Shown here piece by piece: positions 1 to 13,935 of a stretch of DNA of 64,000 bases. This DNA is from the human T2T-CHM13v2.0 reference genome, Homo sapiens. Both the position numbers and the translations under genes were made by a program. Position 1 is the stretch's first letter. Each line of letters begins with the position of its first letter. The DNA lies in the NCBI RefSeq assembly GCF_009914755.1, contig NC_060925.1; one strand, given 5' to 3'. The notes below the pieces were generated by a model. It saw nothing but the letters and a program-made list of their open reading frames with translations. It ran no database searches and had not been told where the DNA came from.

Positions 1-2039
1 CCTTAGACAGAGCAGATTTGAAACACTCTATTTGTGCAATTTGCAAGTGTAGATTTCAAGCGCTTTAAGGTCAACGGCAGAAAAGGAAATATCTTCGTTT
101 CAAAACTAGACAGAATCATTCCCACAAACTGCGTTGTGATGTGTTCGTTCAACTCACAGAGTTTAACCTTTCTGTTCATAGAGCAGTTAGGAAACACTCT
201 GTTTGTAAAGTCTGTAAGTGGATATTCTGATATCTTGTGGCCTTCGTTGGAAACGGGATTTCTTCATATTCTGCTAGACAGAAGAATTCTCAGTAACTTC
301 CTTGTGTTGTGTGTATTCAACTCACAGAGTTGAACGATCCTTTACACAGAGCAGACTTGAAACACTCTTTTTGTGGAATTTGCAAGTGGAGATTTCAGCC
401 GCTTTGAGGTCAATGGTAGAAAAGGAAACTATCTTCATATAAAGACTAGACAGAATGATTCTCAGAAAATCTTTTGTGATGTGTGCGTTCAACTCACAGA
501 GTTTAACTTTTCTTCTCATAGAGCAGTTAGGAAACACTCTGTTTGTAAAGTCTGCAAGTGGATATTCAGACCTGTTTGAGGCCTTCGTTGGAAACGGGAT
601 TTCTTCATATTATGCTAGACAGAATAATTCTCAGTAACTTCCTTGTGTTGTGTGTATTCAACTCACAGAGTTGAAGGATCCTTTACAGAGAGCAGGCTTG
701 AAACACTCTTTTTGTCGAATTTGCAAGTGGAGATTTCAGCCGCTTTGAGGTCAATGGTAGAATAGGAAATATCTTCTTATAGAAACTAGACAAAATGATT
801 CTCATGAACTCCTTTGTGATGTGTGCGTTCAACTCACAGAGTTTAACCTTTCTTTTCATAGAGCAGTTAGGAAACACTCTGTTTGTAAAGTCTGCAAGTG
901 GATATTCAGACCTCCTTGAGGCCTTCGTTGGAAACGGGATTTCTTCATATTCTGCTAGACAGAAGAATTCTCAGTAACTTCCTTGTGTTGTGTGTATTCA
1001 ACTCACAGAGTTGAACGATCCTTTACACAGAGCAGACTTGAAACATTCTTTTTGTGGAATTTGCAAGTGGAGATTTCAGCCGCTTTGAGGTCAATGGTAG
1101 AATAGGAAATATCTTCCTATAGAAACTAGACAGAACGATTCTCAGAAACTCCTTTGTGATGTGTGCGTTCAACTCACAGAGTTTAACCTTTCTTTTCATA
1201 GAGCAGTTAGGAAACACTCTGTTTGTAAAGTCTGCAAGTGGATATTCAGACCTCTTTGAGGCCTTCGTTGGAAACGGGATTTCTTCCTATTCTGCTAGAC
1301 AGAAGAATTCTCAGTAACTTCCTTGTGTTGTGTGTATTCAACTCACAGAGTTGAACGATCCTTTACACAGAGCAGACTTGAAACACTCTTTTTGTGGAAT
1401 TTGCAAGTGGAGATTTCAGCCGCTTTGAGGTCAATAGTAGAAAAGGAAATATCTTCGTAGAAAAACTAGACAGAATGATTCTCAGAAACTCCTTTGTGAT
1501 GTGTGTGTTCAACTCACAGAGTTTAACCTTTCTTTTCATAGAGCAGTTAGTAAACACTCTGTTTATAAAGTCTGCAAGTGGATATTCAGACCCCTTTGAG
1601 GCCTTCGTTGGAAACGGGATTTCTTCATATTATGCTAGACAGAAGAATTCTCAGTAACTTCCTTGTGTTGTGTGTATTCAACTCACAGAGTTGAACTTTC
1701 ATTTGGAGAGAGCAGATTTGAAACACTGTTTTTGTGGAATTTGCAAGTGGAGATTTCAAGCGCTTTGGGGCCAAAGGCAGAAAAGGAAATATCTTCGTAT
1801 AAAAACTAGACAGAATCATTCTCAGAAACTGCTGCGTGATGTGTGCGTTCAACTCTCAGAGTTTAACTTTTCTTTTCATTCAGCGGTTTGGAAACACTCT
1901 GTTTGTAAAGTCTGCACGTGGATATTTTGACCACTTAGAGGCCTTCGTTGGAAACGGGTTTTTTCATGTAAGGCTAGACAGAAGAGTTCCCAGTAACTTC
2001 CTTGTGTTGTGTGCATTCAACTCACAGAGTTGAACGTTC
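1..2039 (+). repeat. 12-mer HOR variant A-B-C-D-E-F (also at 8498, 17335, 24813, 28893, 36712, 40791; related unit at 54021)
   Basis: Dimer markers: A CCCTTAGAC/CCCACAAACTGCG; B GGAAACTATCTTCATAT; C AAGGATCC/TGTCGAAT; D ACATTCTT/CTTCCTATAG; E AATAGTAG/TTAGTAAAC; F GCTTTGGGGCCAAAGG/CACGTG. Spacing between A dimers is 2039-2040 bp. Confidence 0.9.
242..258 (+). promoter_or_regulatory. CENP-B box (first of ~188 box positions, one per ~340-bp dimer, all on the same strand)
   Basis: CTTCGTTGGAAACGGGA matches the NTTCGNNNNANNCGGGN core and recurs at the same phase in every dimer. Confidence 0.97.
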
Positions 2040-3739
2040 CCTTAGACAGAGCAGATTTGAAACACTCTATTTGTGCAATTTGCAAGTGTAGATTTCAAGC
2101 GCTTTAAGGTCAACGGCAGAAAAGGAAATATCTTCGTTTCAAAACTAGACAGAATCATTCCCACAAACTGCGTTGTGATGTGTTCGTTCAACTCACAGAG
2201 TTTAACCTTTCTGTTCATAGAGCAGTTAGGAAACACTCTGTTTGTAAAGTCTGTAAGTGGATATTCTGATATCTTGTGGCCTTCGTTGGAAACGGGATTT
2301 CTTCATATTCTGCTAGACAGAAGAATTCTCAGTAACTTCCTTGTGTTGTGTGTATTCAACTCACAGAGTTGAACGATCCTTTACACAGAGCAGACTTGAA
2401 ACACTCTTTTTGTGGAATTTGCAAGTGGAGATTTCAGCCGCTTTGAGGTCAATGGTAGAAAAGGAAACTATCTTCATATAAAGACTAGACAGAATGATTC
2501 TCAGAAAATCTTTTGTGATGTGTGCGTTCAACTCACAGAGTTTAACTTTTCTTCTCATAGAGCAGTTAGGAAACACTCTGTTTGTAAAGTCTGCAAGTGG
2601 ATATTCAGACCTGTTTGAGGCCTTCGTTGGAAACGGGATTTCTTCATATTATGCTAGACAGAATAATTCTCAGTAACTTCCTTGTGTTGTGTGTATTCAA
2701 CTCACAGAGTTGAAGGATCCTTTACAGAGAGCAGGCTTGAAACACTCTTTTTGTCGAATTTGCAAGTGGAGATTTCAGCCGCTTTGAGGTCAATGGTAGA
2801 ATAGGAAATATCTTCTTATAGAAACTAGACAAAATGATTCTCATGAACTCCTTTGTGATGTGTGCGTTCAACTCACAGAGTTTAACCTTTCTTTTCATAG
2901 AGCAGTTAGGAAACACTCTGTTTGTAAAGTCTGCAAGTGGATATTCAGACCTCCTTGAGGCCTTCGTTGGAAACGGGATTTCTTCATATTCTGCTAGACA
3001 GAAGAATTCTCAGTAACTTCCTTGTGTTGTGTGTATTCAACTCACAGAGTTGAACGATCCTTTACACAGAGCAGACTTGAAACACTCTTTTTGTGGAATT
3101 TGCAAGTGGAGATTTCAGCCGCTTTGAGGTCAATAGTAGAAAAGGAAATATCTTCGTAGAAAAACTAGACAGAATGATTCTCAGAAACTCCTTTGTGATG
3201 TGTGTGTTCAACTCACAGAGTTTAACCTTTCTTTTCATAGAGCAGTTAGTAAACACTCTGTTTATAAAGTCTGCAAGTGGATATTCAGACCCCTTTGAGG
3301 CCTTCGTTGGAAACGGGATTTCTTCATATTATGCTAGACAGAAGAATTCTCAGTAACTTCCTTGTGTTGTGTGTATTCAACTGACAGAGTTGAACTTTCA
3401 TTTGGAGAGAGCAGATTTGAAACACTGTTTTTGTGGAATTTGCAAGTGGAGATTTCAAGCGCTTTGGGGCCAAAGGCAGAAAAGGAAATATCTTCGTATA
3501 AAAACTAGACAGAATCATTCTCAGAAACTGCTGCGTGATGTGTGCGTTCAACTCTCAGAGTTTAACTTTTCTTTTCATTCAGCGGTTTGGAAACACTCTG
3601 TTTGTAAAGTCTGCACGTGGATATTTTGACCACTTAGAGGCCTTCGTTGGAAACGGGTTTTTTTCATGTAAGGCTAGACAGAAGAATTCCCAGTAACTTC
3701 CTTGTGTTGTGTGCATTCAACTCACAGAGTTGAACGTTC
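2040..3739 (+). repeat. 10-mer HOR variant A-B-C-E-F (also at 10537, 19374)
   Basis: 1700 bp between A dimers; the D dimer is absent. Confidence 0.88.
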
Positions 3740-5438
3740 CCTTAGACAGAGCAGATTTGAAACACTCTATTTGTGCAATTTGCAAGTGTAGATTTCAAGC
3801 GCTTTAAGGTCAACGGCAGAAAAGGAAATATCTTCGTTTCAAAACTAGACAGAATCATTCCCACAAACTGCGTTGTGATGTGTACGTTCAACTCACAGAG
3901 TTTAACCTTTCTGTTCATAGAGCAGTTAGGAAACACTCTGTTTGTAAAGTCTGTAAGTGGATATTCTGACATCTTGTGGCCTTCGTTGGAAACGGGATTT
4001 CTTCATATTCTGCTAGACAGAAGAATTCTCAGTAACTTCCTTGTGTTGTGTGTATTCAACTCACAGAGTTGAAGGATCCTTTACAGAGAGGAGGCTTGAA
4101 ACCCTCTTTTTGTCGAATTTGCAAGTGGAGATTTCAGCCGCTTTGAGGTCAATGGTAGAATAGGAAATTTCTTCTTATAGAAACTAGACAAAATGATTCT
4201 CATGAACTCCTTTGTGATGTGTGCGTTCAACTCACAGAGTTTAACCTTTCTTTTCATAGAGCAGTTAGGAAACACTCTGTTTGTAAAGTCTGCAAGTGGA
4301 TATTCAGACCCCTTTGAGGCCTTCGTTGGAAACGGGATTTCTTCATATTCTGCTAGACAGAAGAATTCTCAGTAACTTCCTTGTGTTGTGTTTATTCAAC
4401 TCACAGAGTTGAATGATCCTTTACACAGAGCAGACTTGAAACACTCTTTTTGTGGAATTTGCAAGTGGAGATTTCAGCCGCTTTGAGGTCAATGGTAGAA
4501 AAGTAAATATCTTCGTATAAAGACTAGACAGAATGATTCTCAGAAACTCCTATGTGATGTGTGCGTTCAACTCACAGAGTTTAACCTTTCTGTTCATAGA
4601 GCAGTTAGGAAACACTCTGTTTGTAAAGTCTGCAAGTGGATATTCAGACCTCCTTGAGGCCTTCTTTGGAAACGGGGTTTCTTCATATTCTGCTAGACAG
4701 AAGAATTCTCAGTAACTTCCTTGTGTTGTGTGTATTCAACTCACAGAGTTGAACGATCCTTTACACAGAGCAGACTTGAAACACTCTTTTTGTGGAATTT
4801 GCAAGTGGAGATTTCAGCCGCTTTGAGGTCAATGGTAGAAAAGGAAATATCTTCGTATAAAGACTAGACAGAACGATTCTCAGAAACTCCTTTGTGATGT
4901 GTGCGTTCAACTCACAGAGTTTAACTTTTCTTTTCATAGAGCAGTTAGTAAACACTCTGTATATAAAGTCTGCAAGTGGATATTCAGACCCCTTTGAGGC
5001 CTTCGTTGGAAACGGGATTTCTTCATATTATGCTAGACAGAAGAATTCTCAGTAACTTCCTTGTGTTGTGTGTATTCAACTGACAGAGTTGAACTTTCAT
5101 TTAGAGAGAGCAGATTTGAAACACTGTTTTTGTGGAATGTGTAAGTGGAGATTTCAAGCGCTTTGGGGCCAAAGGCAGAAAAGGAAATATCTTCGTATAA
5201 AAACTAGACAGAATCATTCTCAGAAACTGCTGCGTGATGTGTGCATTCAACTCTCAGAGTTTAACTTTTCTTTTCATTCAGCGGTTTGGAAACACTATGT
5301 TTGTAAAGTCTGCACGTGGATATTTTGACCACTTAGAGGCCTTCGTTGGAAACGGGATTTTTTCATGTAAGGCTAGACAGAAGAATTCCCAGTAACTTCC
5401 TTGTGTTGTGTGCATTCAACTCACAGAGTTGAACGTTC
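3740..5438 (+). repeat. 10-mer HOR variant A-C-G-H/E-F (also at 12237, 21074, 30933)
   Basis: 1699 bp. Private markers: TGTACGTT, GAGGAGGCTTGAAACCCT, the disrupted box CTTCTTTGGAAACGGGG, and AACACTATG. G is marked by GTTTATTC/GAATGATCC/AAAAGTAAA. Confidence 0.85.
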
Positions 5439-6798
5439 CCTTAGACAGAGCAGATTTGAAACACTCTATTTGTGCAATTTCCAAGTGTAGATTTCAAGCG
5501 CTTTAAGGTCAACGGCAGAAAAGGAAATATCTTCGTTTCAAAACTAGACAGAATCATTCCCACAAACTGCGTTGTGATGTGTTCGTTCAACTCACAGAGT
5601 ATAACCTTTCTGTTCATAGAGCAGTTAGGAAACACTCTGTTTGTAAAGTCTGTAAGTGGATATTCTGACATCTTGTGGCCTTCGTTGGAAACGGGATTTC
5701 TTCATATTCTGCTAGACAGAAGAATTCTCAGTAACTTCCTTGTGTTGTGTGTATTCAACTCACAGAGTTGAACGATCCTTTACACAGAGCAGACTTGAAA
5801 CACTCTTTTTGTGGAATTTGCAAGTGGAGATTTCAGCCGCTTTGAGGTCAATGGTAGAAAAGGAAGCTATCTTCATATAAAGACTAGACAGAATGATTCT
5901 CAGAAAATCTTTTGTGATGTGTGCGTTCAACTCACAGAGTTTAACCTTTCTTTTCATAGAGCAGTTAGGAAACACTCTGTTTGTAAAGTCTGCAAGTGGA
6001 TATTCAGACCTCCTTGAGGCCTTCGTTGGAAACGGGATTTCTTCATATTCTGCTAGACAGAAGAATTCTCAGTAACTTCCTTGTGTTGTGTGTATTCAAC
6101 TCACAGAGTTGAACGATCCTTTACACAGAGCAGACTTGAAACATTCTTTTTGTGGAATTTGCAAGTGGAGATTTCAGCCGCTTTGAGGTCAATGGTAGAA
6201 TAGGAAATATCTTCCTATAGAAACTAGACAGAACGATTCTCAGAAACTCCTTTGTGATGTGTGCGTTCAACTCACAGAGTTTAACCTTTCTTTTCATAGA
6301 GCAGTTAGGAAACACTCTGTTTGTAAAGTCTGCAAGTGGATATTGAGACCTCTTTGAGGCCTTCGTTGGAAACGGGATTTCTTCCTATTCTGCTAGACAG
6401 AAGAATTCTCAGTAACTTCCTTGTGTTGTGTGTATTCAACTCACAGAGTTGAACTTTCATTTGGAGAGAGCAGATTTGAAACACTGTTTTTGTGGAATTT
6501 GCAAGTGGAGATTTCAAGCGCTTTGGGGCCAAAGGCAGAAAAGGAAATATCTTCGTATAAAAACTAGACAGAATCATTCTCAGAAACTGCTGCGTGATGT
6601 GTGCGTTCAACTCTCAGAGTTTAACTTTTCTTTTCATTCAGCGGTTTGGAAACACTCTGTTTGTAAAGTCTGCACGTGGATATTTTGACCACTTAGAGGC
6701 CTTCGTTGGAAACGGGTTTTTTTCATGTAAGGCTAGACAGAAGAATTCCCAGTAACTTCCTTGTGTTGTGTGCATTCAACTCACAGAGTTGAACGTTC
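5439..6798 (+). repeat. 8-mer HOR variant A-B/C-D-F
   Basis: 1360 bp between A dimers. B markers switch to C-type second-monomer sequence near 5945, and D joins directly to F. Confidence 0.8.
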
Positions 6799-8497
6799 CC
6801 TTAGACAGAGCAGATTTGAAACACTCTATTTGTGCAATTTGCAAGTGTAGATTTCAAGCGCTTTAAGGTCAACGGCAGAAAAGGAAATATCTTCGTTTCA
6901 AAACTAGACAGAATCATTCCCACAAACTGCGTTGTGATGTGTACGTTCAACTCACAGAGTTTAACCTTTCTGTTCATAGAGCAGTTAGGAAACACTCTGT
7001 TTATAAAGTCTGTAAGTGGATATTCTGACATCTTGTGGCCTTCGTTGGAAACGGGATTTCTTCATATTCTGCTAGACAGAAGAATTCTCAGTAACTTCCT
7101 TGTGTTGTGTGTATTCAACTCACAGAGTTGAAGGATCCTTTACAGAGAGGAGGCTTGAAACCCTCTTTTTGTCGAATTTGCAAGTGGAGATTTCAGCCGC
7201 TTTGAGGTCAATGGTAGAATAGGAAATTTCTTCTTATAGAAACTAGACAAAATGATTCTCATGAACTCCTTTGTGATGTGTGCGTTCAACTCACAGAGTT
7301 TAACCTTTCTTTTCATAGAGCAGTTAGGAAACACTCTGTTTGTAAAGTCTGCAAGTGGATATTCAGACCCCTTTGAGGCCTTCGTTGGAAACGGGATTTC
7401 TTCATATTCTGCTAGACAGAAGAATTCTCAGTAACTTCCTTGTGTTGTGTTTATTCAACTCACAGAGTTGAATGATCCTTTACACAGAGCAGACTTGAAA
7501 CACTCTTTTTGTGGAATTTGCAAGTGGAGATTTCAGCCGCTTTCAGGTCAACGGTAGAAAAGTAAATATCTTCGTATAAAGACTAGACAGAATGATTCTC
7601 AGAAACTCCTTTGTGATGTGTGCGTTCAACTCACAGAGTTTAACCTTTCTGTTCATAGAGCAGTTAGGAAACACTCTGTTTGTAAAGTCTGCAAGTGGAT
7701 ATTCAGACCTCTTTGAGGCCTTCGTTGGAAACGGGATTTCTTCATATTCTGCTAGACAGAAGAATTCTCAGTAACTTCCTTGTGTTGTGTGTATTCAACT
7801 CACAGAGTTGAACGATCCTTTACACAGAGCAGACTTGAAACACTCTTTTTGTGGAATTTGCAAGAGGAGATTTCAGCCGCTTTGAGGTCAATAGTAGAAA
7901 AGGAAATATCTTCGTAGAAAAACTAGACAGAATGATTCTCAGAAACTCCTTTGTGATGTGTGTGTTCAACTCACAGAGTTTAACCTTTCTTTTCATAGAG
8001 CAGTTAGTAAACACTCTGTTTATAAAGTCTGCAAGTGGATATTCAGACCCCTTTGAGGCCTTCGTTGGAAACGGGATTTCTTCATATTATGCTAGACAGA
8101 AGAATTCTCAGTAACTTCCTTGTGTTGTGTGTATTCAACTGACAGAGTTGAACTTTCATTTGGAGAGAGCAGATTTGAAACACTGTTTTTGTGGAATTTG
8201 CAAGTGGAGATTTCAAGCGCTTTGGGGCCAAAGGCAGAAAAGGAAATATCTTCGTATAAAAACTAGACAGAATCATTCTCAGAAACTGCTGCGTGATGTG
8301 TGCGTTCAACTCTCAGAGTTTAACCTTTCTTTTCATTCAGCGGTTTGGAAACACTCTGTTTGTAAAGTCTGCACGTGGATATTTTGACCACTTAGAGGCC
8401 TTCGTTGGAAACGGGTTTTTTTCATGTAAGGCTAGACAGAAGAATTCCCAGTAACTTCCTTGTGTTGTGTGCATTCAACTCACAGAGTTGAACGTTC
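6799..8497 (+). repeat. 10-mer HOR variant A-C-G-E-F (also at 15636)
   Basis: 1699 bp. Markers TTTCAGGTCAACGG and GCAAGAGGAG are shared by both copies. Confidence 0.85.
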
Positions 8498-11400
8498 CCT
8501 TAGACAGAGCAGATTTGAAACACTCTATTTGTGCAATTTGCAAGTGTAGATTTCAAGCGCTTTAAGGTCAACGGCAGAAAAGGAAATATCTTCGTTTCAA
8601 AACTAGACAGAATCATTCCCACAAACTGCGTTGTGATGTGTTCGTTCAACTCACAGAGTTTAACCTTTCTGTTCATAGAGCAGTTAGGAAACACTCTGTT
8701 TGTAAAGTCTGTAAGTGGATATTCTGATATCTTGTGGCCTTCGTTGGAAACGGGATTTCTTCATATTCTGCTAGACAGAAGAATTCTCAGTAACTTCCTT
8801 GTGTTGTGTGTATTCAACTCACAGAGTTGAACGATCCTTTACACAGAGCAGACTTGAAACACTCTTTTTGTGGAATTTGCAAGTGGAGATTTCAGCCGCT
8901 TTGAGGTCAATGGTAGAAAAGGAAACTATCTTCATATAAAGACTAGACAGAATGATTCTCAGAAAATCTTTTGTGATGTGTGCGTTCAACTCACAGAGTT
9001 TAACTTTTCTTCTCATAGAGCAGTTAGGAAACACTCTGTTTGTAAAGTCTACAAGTGGATATTCAGACCTGTTTGAGGCCTTCGTTGGAAACGGGATTTC
9101 TTCATATTATGCTAGACAGAATAATTCTCAGTAACTTCCTTGTGTTGTGTGTATTCAACTCACAGAGTTGAAGGATCCTTTACAGAGAGCAGGCTTGAAA
9201 CACTCTTTTTGTCGAATTTGCAAGTGGAGATTTCAGCCGCTTTGAGGTCAATGGTAGAATAGGAAATATCTTCTTATAGAAACTAGACAAAATGATTCTC
9301 ATGAACTCCTTTGTGATGTGTGCGTTCAACTCACAGAGTTTAACCTTTCTTTTCATAGAGCAGTTAGGAAACACTCTGTTTGTAAAGTCTGCAAGTGGAT
9401 ATTCAGACCTCCTTGAGGCCTTCGTTGGAAACGGGATTTCTTCATATTCTGCTAGACAGAAGAATTCTCAGTAACTTCCTTGTGTTGTGTGTATTCAACT
9501 CACAGAGTTGAACGATCCTTTACACAGAGCAGACTTGAAACATTCTTTTTGTGGAATTTGCAAGTGGAGATTTCAGCCGCTTTGAGGTCAATGGTAGAAT
9601 AGGAAATATCTTCCTATAGAAACTAGACAGAACGATTCTCAGAAACTCCTTTGTGATGTGTGCGTTCAACTCACAGAGTTTAACCTTTCTTTTCATAGAG
9701 CAGTTAGGAAACACTCTGTTTGTAAAGTCTGCAAGTGGATATTCAGACCTCTTTGAGGCCTTCGTTGGAAACGGGATTTCTTCCTATTCTGCTAGACAGA
9801 AGAATTCTCAGTAACTTCCTTGTGTTGTGTGTATTCAACTCACAGAGTTGAACGATCCTTTACACAGAGCAGACTTGAAACACTCTTTTTGTGGAATTTG
9901 CAAGTGGAGATTTCAGCCGCTTTGAGGTCAATAGTAGAAAAGGAAATATCTTCGTAGAAAAACTAGACAGAATGATTCTCAGAAACTCCTTTGTGATGTG
10001 TGTGTTCAACTCACAGAGTTTAACCTTTCTTTTCATAGAGCAGTTAGTAAACACTCTGTTTATAAAGTCTGCAAGTGGATATTCAGACCCCTTTGAGGCC
10101 TTCGTTGGAAACGGGATTTCTTCATATTATGCTAGACAGAAGAATTCTCAGTAACTTCCTTGTGTTGTGTGTATTCAACTCACAGAGTTGAACTTTCATT
10201 TGGAGAGAGCAGATTTGAAACACTGTTTTTGTGGAATTTGCAAGTGGAGATTTCAAGCGCTTTGGGGCCAAAGGCAGAAAAGGAAATATCTTCGTATAAA
10301 AACTAGACAGAATCATTCTCAGAAACTGCTGCGTGATGTGTGCGTTCAACTCTCAGAGTTTAACTTTTCTTTTCATTCAGCGGTTTGGAAACACTCTGTT
10401 TGTAAAGTCTGCACGTGGATATTTTGACCACTTAGAGGCCTTCGTTGGAAACGGGTTTTTTCATGTAAGGCTAGACAGAAGAGTTCCCAGTAACTTCCTT
10501 GTGTTGTGTGCATTCAACTCACAGAGTTGAACGTTCCCTTAGACAGAGCAGATTTGAAACACTCTATTTGTGCAATTTGCAAGTGTAGATTTCAAGCGCT
10601 TTAAGGTCAACGGCAGAAAAGGAAATATCTTCGTTTCAAAACTAGACAGAATCATTCCCACAAACTGCGTTGTGATGTGTTCGTTCAACTCACAGAGTTT
10701 AACCTTTCTGTTCATAGAGCAGTTAGGAAACACTCTGTTTGTAAAGTCTGTAAGTGGATATTCTGATATCTTGTGGCCTTCGTTGGAAACGGGATTTCTT
10801 CATATTCTGCTAGACAGAAGAATTCTCAGTAACTTCCTTGTGTTGTGTGTATTCAACTCACAGAGTTGAACGATCCTTTACACAGAGCAGACTTGAAACA
10901 CTCTTTTTGTGGAATTTGCAAGTGGAGATTTCAGCCGCTTTGAGGTCAATGGTAGAAAAGGAAACTATCTTCATATAAAGACTAGACAGAATGATTCTCA
11001 GAAAATCTTTTGTGATGTGTGCGTTCAACTCACAGAGTTTAACTTTTCTTCTCATAGAGCAGTTAGGAAACACTCTGTTTGTAAAGTCTGCAAGTGGATA
11101 TTCAGACCTGTTTGAGGCCTTCGTTGGAAACGGGATTTCTTCATATTATGCTAGACAGAATAATTCTCAGTAACTTCCTTGTGTTGTGTGTATTCAACTC
11201 ACAGAGTTGAAGGATCCTTTACAGAGAGCAGGCTTGAAACACTCTTTTTGTCGAATTTGCAAGTGGAGATTTCAGCCGCTTTGAGGTCAATGGTAGAATA
11301 GGAAATATCTTCTTATAGAAACTAGACAAAATGATTCTCATGAACTCCTTTGTGATGTGTGCGTTCAACTCACAGAGTTTAACCTTTCTTTTCATAGAGC

Positions 11401-13935
11401 AGTTAGGAAACACTCTGTTTGTAAAGTCTGCAAGTGGATATTCAGACCTCCTTGAGGCCTTCGTTGGAAACGGGATTTCTTCATATTCTGCTAGACAGAA
11501 GAATTCTCAGTAACTTCCTTGTGTTGTGTGTATTCAACTCACAGAGTTGAACGATCCTTTACACAGAGCAGACTTGAAACACTCTTTTTGTGGAATTTGC
11601 AAGTGGAGATTTCAGCCGCTTTGAGGTCAATAGTAGAAAAGGAAATATCTTCGTAGAAAAACTAGACAGAATGATTCTCAGAAACTCCTTTGTGATGTGT
11701 GTGTTCAACTCACAGAGTTTAACCTTTCTTTTCATAGAGCAGTTAGTAAACACTCTGTTTATAAAGTCTGCAAGTGGATATTCAGACCCCTTTGAGGCCT
11801 TCGTTGGAAACGGGATTTCTTCATATTATGCTAGACAGAAGAATTCTCAGTAACTTCCTTGTGTTGTGTGTATTCAACTGACAGAGTTGAACTTTCATTT
11901 GGAGAGAGCAGATTTGAAACACTGTTTTTGTGGAATTTGCAAGTGGAGATTTCAAGCGCTTTGGGGCCAAAGGCAGAAAAGGAAATATCTTCGTATAAAA
12001 ACTAGACAGAATCATTCTCAGAAACTGCTGCGTGATGTGTGCGTTCAACTCTCAGAGTTTAACTTTTCTTTTCATTCAGCGGTTTGGAAACACTCTGTTT
12101 GTAAAGTCTGCACGTGGATATTTTGACCACTTAGAGGCCTTCGTTGGAAACGGGTTTTTTTCATGTAAGGCTAGACAGAAGAATTCCCAGTAACTTCCTT
12201 GTGTTGTGTGCATTCAACTCACAGAGTTGAACGTTCCCTTAGACAGAGCAGATTTGAAACACTCTATTTGTGCAATTTGCAAGTGTAGATTTCAAGCGCT
12301 TTAAGGTCAACGGCAGAAAAGGAAATATCTTCGTTTCAAAACTAGACAGAATCATTCCCACAAACTGCGTTGTGATGTGTACGTTCAACTCACAGAGTTT
12401 AACCTTTCTGTTCATAGAGCAGTTAGGAAACACTCTGTTTGTAAAGTCTGTAAGTGGATATTCTGACATCTTGTGGCCTTCGTTGGAAACGGGATTTCTT
12501 CATATTCTGCTAGACAGAAGAATTCTCAGTAACTTCCTTGTGTTGTGTGTATTCAACTCACAGAGTTGAAGGATCCTTTACAGAGAGGAGGCTTGAAACC
12601 CTCTTTTTGTCGAATTTGCAAGTGGAGATTTCAGCCGCTTTGAGGTCAATGGTAGAATAGGAAATTTCTTCTTATAGAAACTAGACAAAATGATTCTCAT
12701 GAACTCCTTTGTGATGTGTGCGTTCAACTCACAGAGTTTAACCTTTCTTTTCATAGAGCAGTTAGGAAACACTCTGTTTGTAAAGTCTGCAAGTGGATAT
12801 TCAGACCCCTTTGAGGCCTTCGTTGGAAACGGGATTTCTTCATATTCTGCTAGACAGAAGAATTCTCAGTAACTTCCTTGTGTTGTGTTTATTCAACTCA
12901 CAGAGTTGAATGATCCTTTACACAGAGCAGACTTGAAACACTCTTTTTGTGGAATTTGCAAGTGGAGATTTCAGCCGCTTTGAGGTCAATGGTAGAAAAG
13001 TAAATATCTTCGTATAAAGACTAGACAGAATGATTCTCAGAAACTCCTATGTGATGTGTGCGTTCAACTCACAGAGTTTAACCTTTCTGTTCATAGAGCA
13101 GTTAGGAAACACTCTGTTTGTAAAGTCTGCAAGTGGATATTCAGACCTCCTTGAGGCCTTCTTTGGAAACGGGGTTTCTTCATATTCTGCTAGACAGAAG
13201 AATTCTCAGTAACTTCCTTGTGTTGTGTGTATTCAACTCACAGAGTTGAACGATCCTTTACACAGAGCAGACTTGAAACACTCTTTTTGTGGAATTTGCA
13301 AGTGGAGATTTCAGCCGCTTTGAGGTCAATGGTAGAAAAGGAAATATCTTCGTATAAAGACTAGACAGAACGATTCTCAGAAACTCCTTTGTGATGTGTG
13401 CGTTCAACTCACAGAGTTTAACTTTTCTTTTCATAGAGCAGTTAGTAAACACTCTGTATATAAAGTCTGCAAGTGGATATTCAGACCCCTTTGAGGCCTT
13501 CGTTGGAAACGGGATTTCTTCATATTATGCTAGACAGAAGAATTCTCAGTAACTTCCTTGTGTTGTGTGTATTCAACTGACAGAGTTGAACTTTCATTTA
13601 GAGAGAGCAGATTTGAAACACTGTTTTTGTGGAATTTGTAAGTGGAGATTTCAAGCGCTTTGGGGCCAAAGGCAGAAAAGGAAATATCTTCGTATAAAAA
13701 CTAGACAGAATCATTCTCAGAAACTGCTGCGTGATGTGTGCATTCAACTCTCAGAGTTTAACTTTTCTTTTCATTCAGCGGTTTGGAAACACTATGTTTG
13801 TAAAGTCTGCACGTGGATATTTTGACCACTTAGAGGCCTTCGTTGGAAACGGGATTTTTTCATGTAAGGCTAGACAGAAGAATTCCCAGTAACTTCCTTG
13901 TGTTGTGTGCATTCAACTCACAGAGTTGAACGTTC

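Noticed and set aside
93-109. CTTCGTTTCAAAACTAG in A dimers as a possible second CENP-B box
   Set aside because: It has TTCG but lacks the essential CGGG half of the core.
1915-1920. CACGTG E-box in every F dimer, resembling the yeast CDEI core
   Set aside because: It is a single substitution from the consensus CAAGTG propagated by HOR amplification. A 6-bp match is no evidence of bHLH binding.
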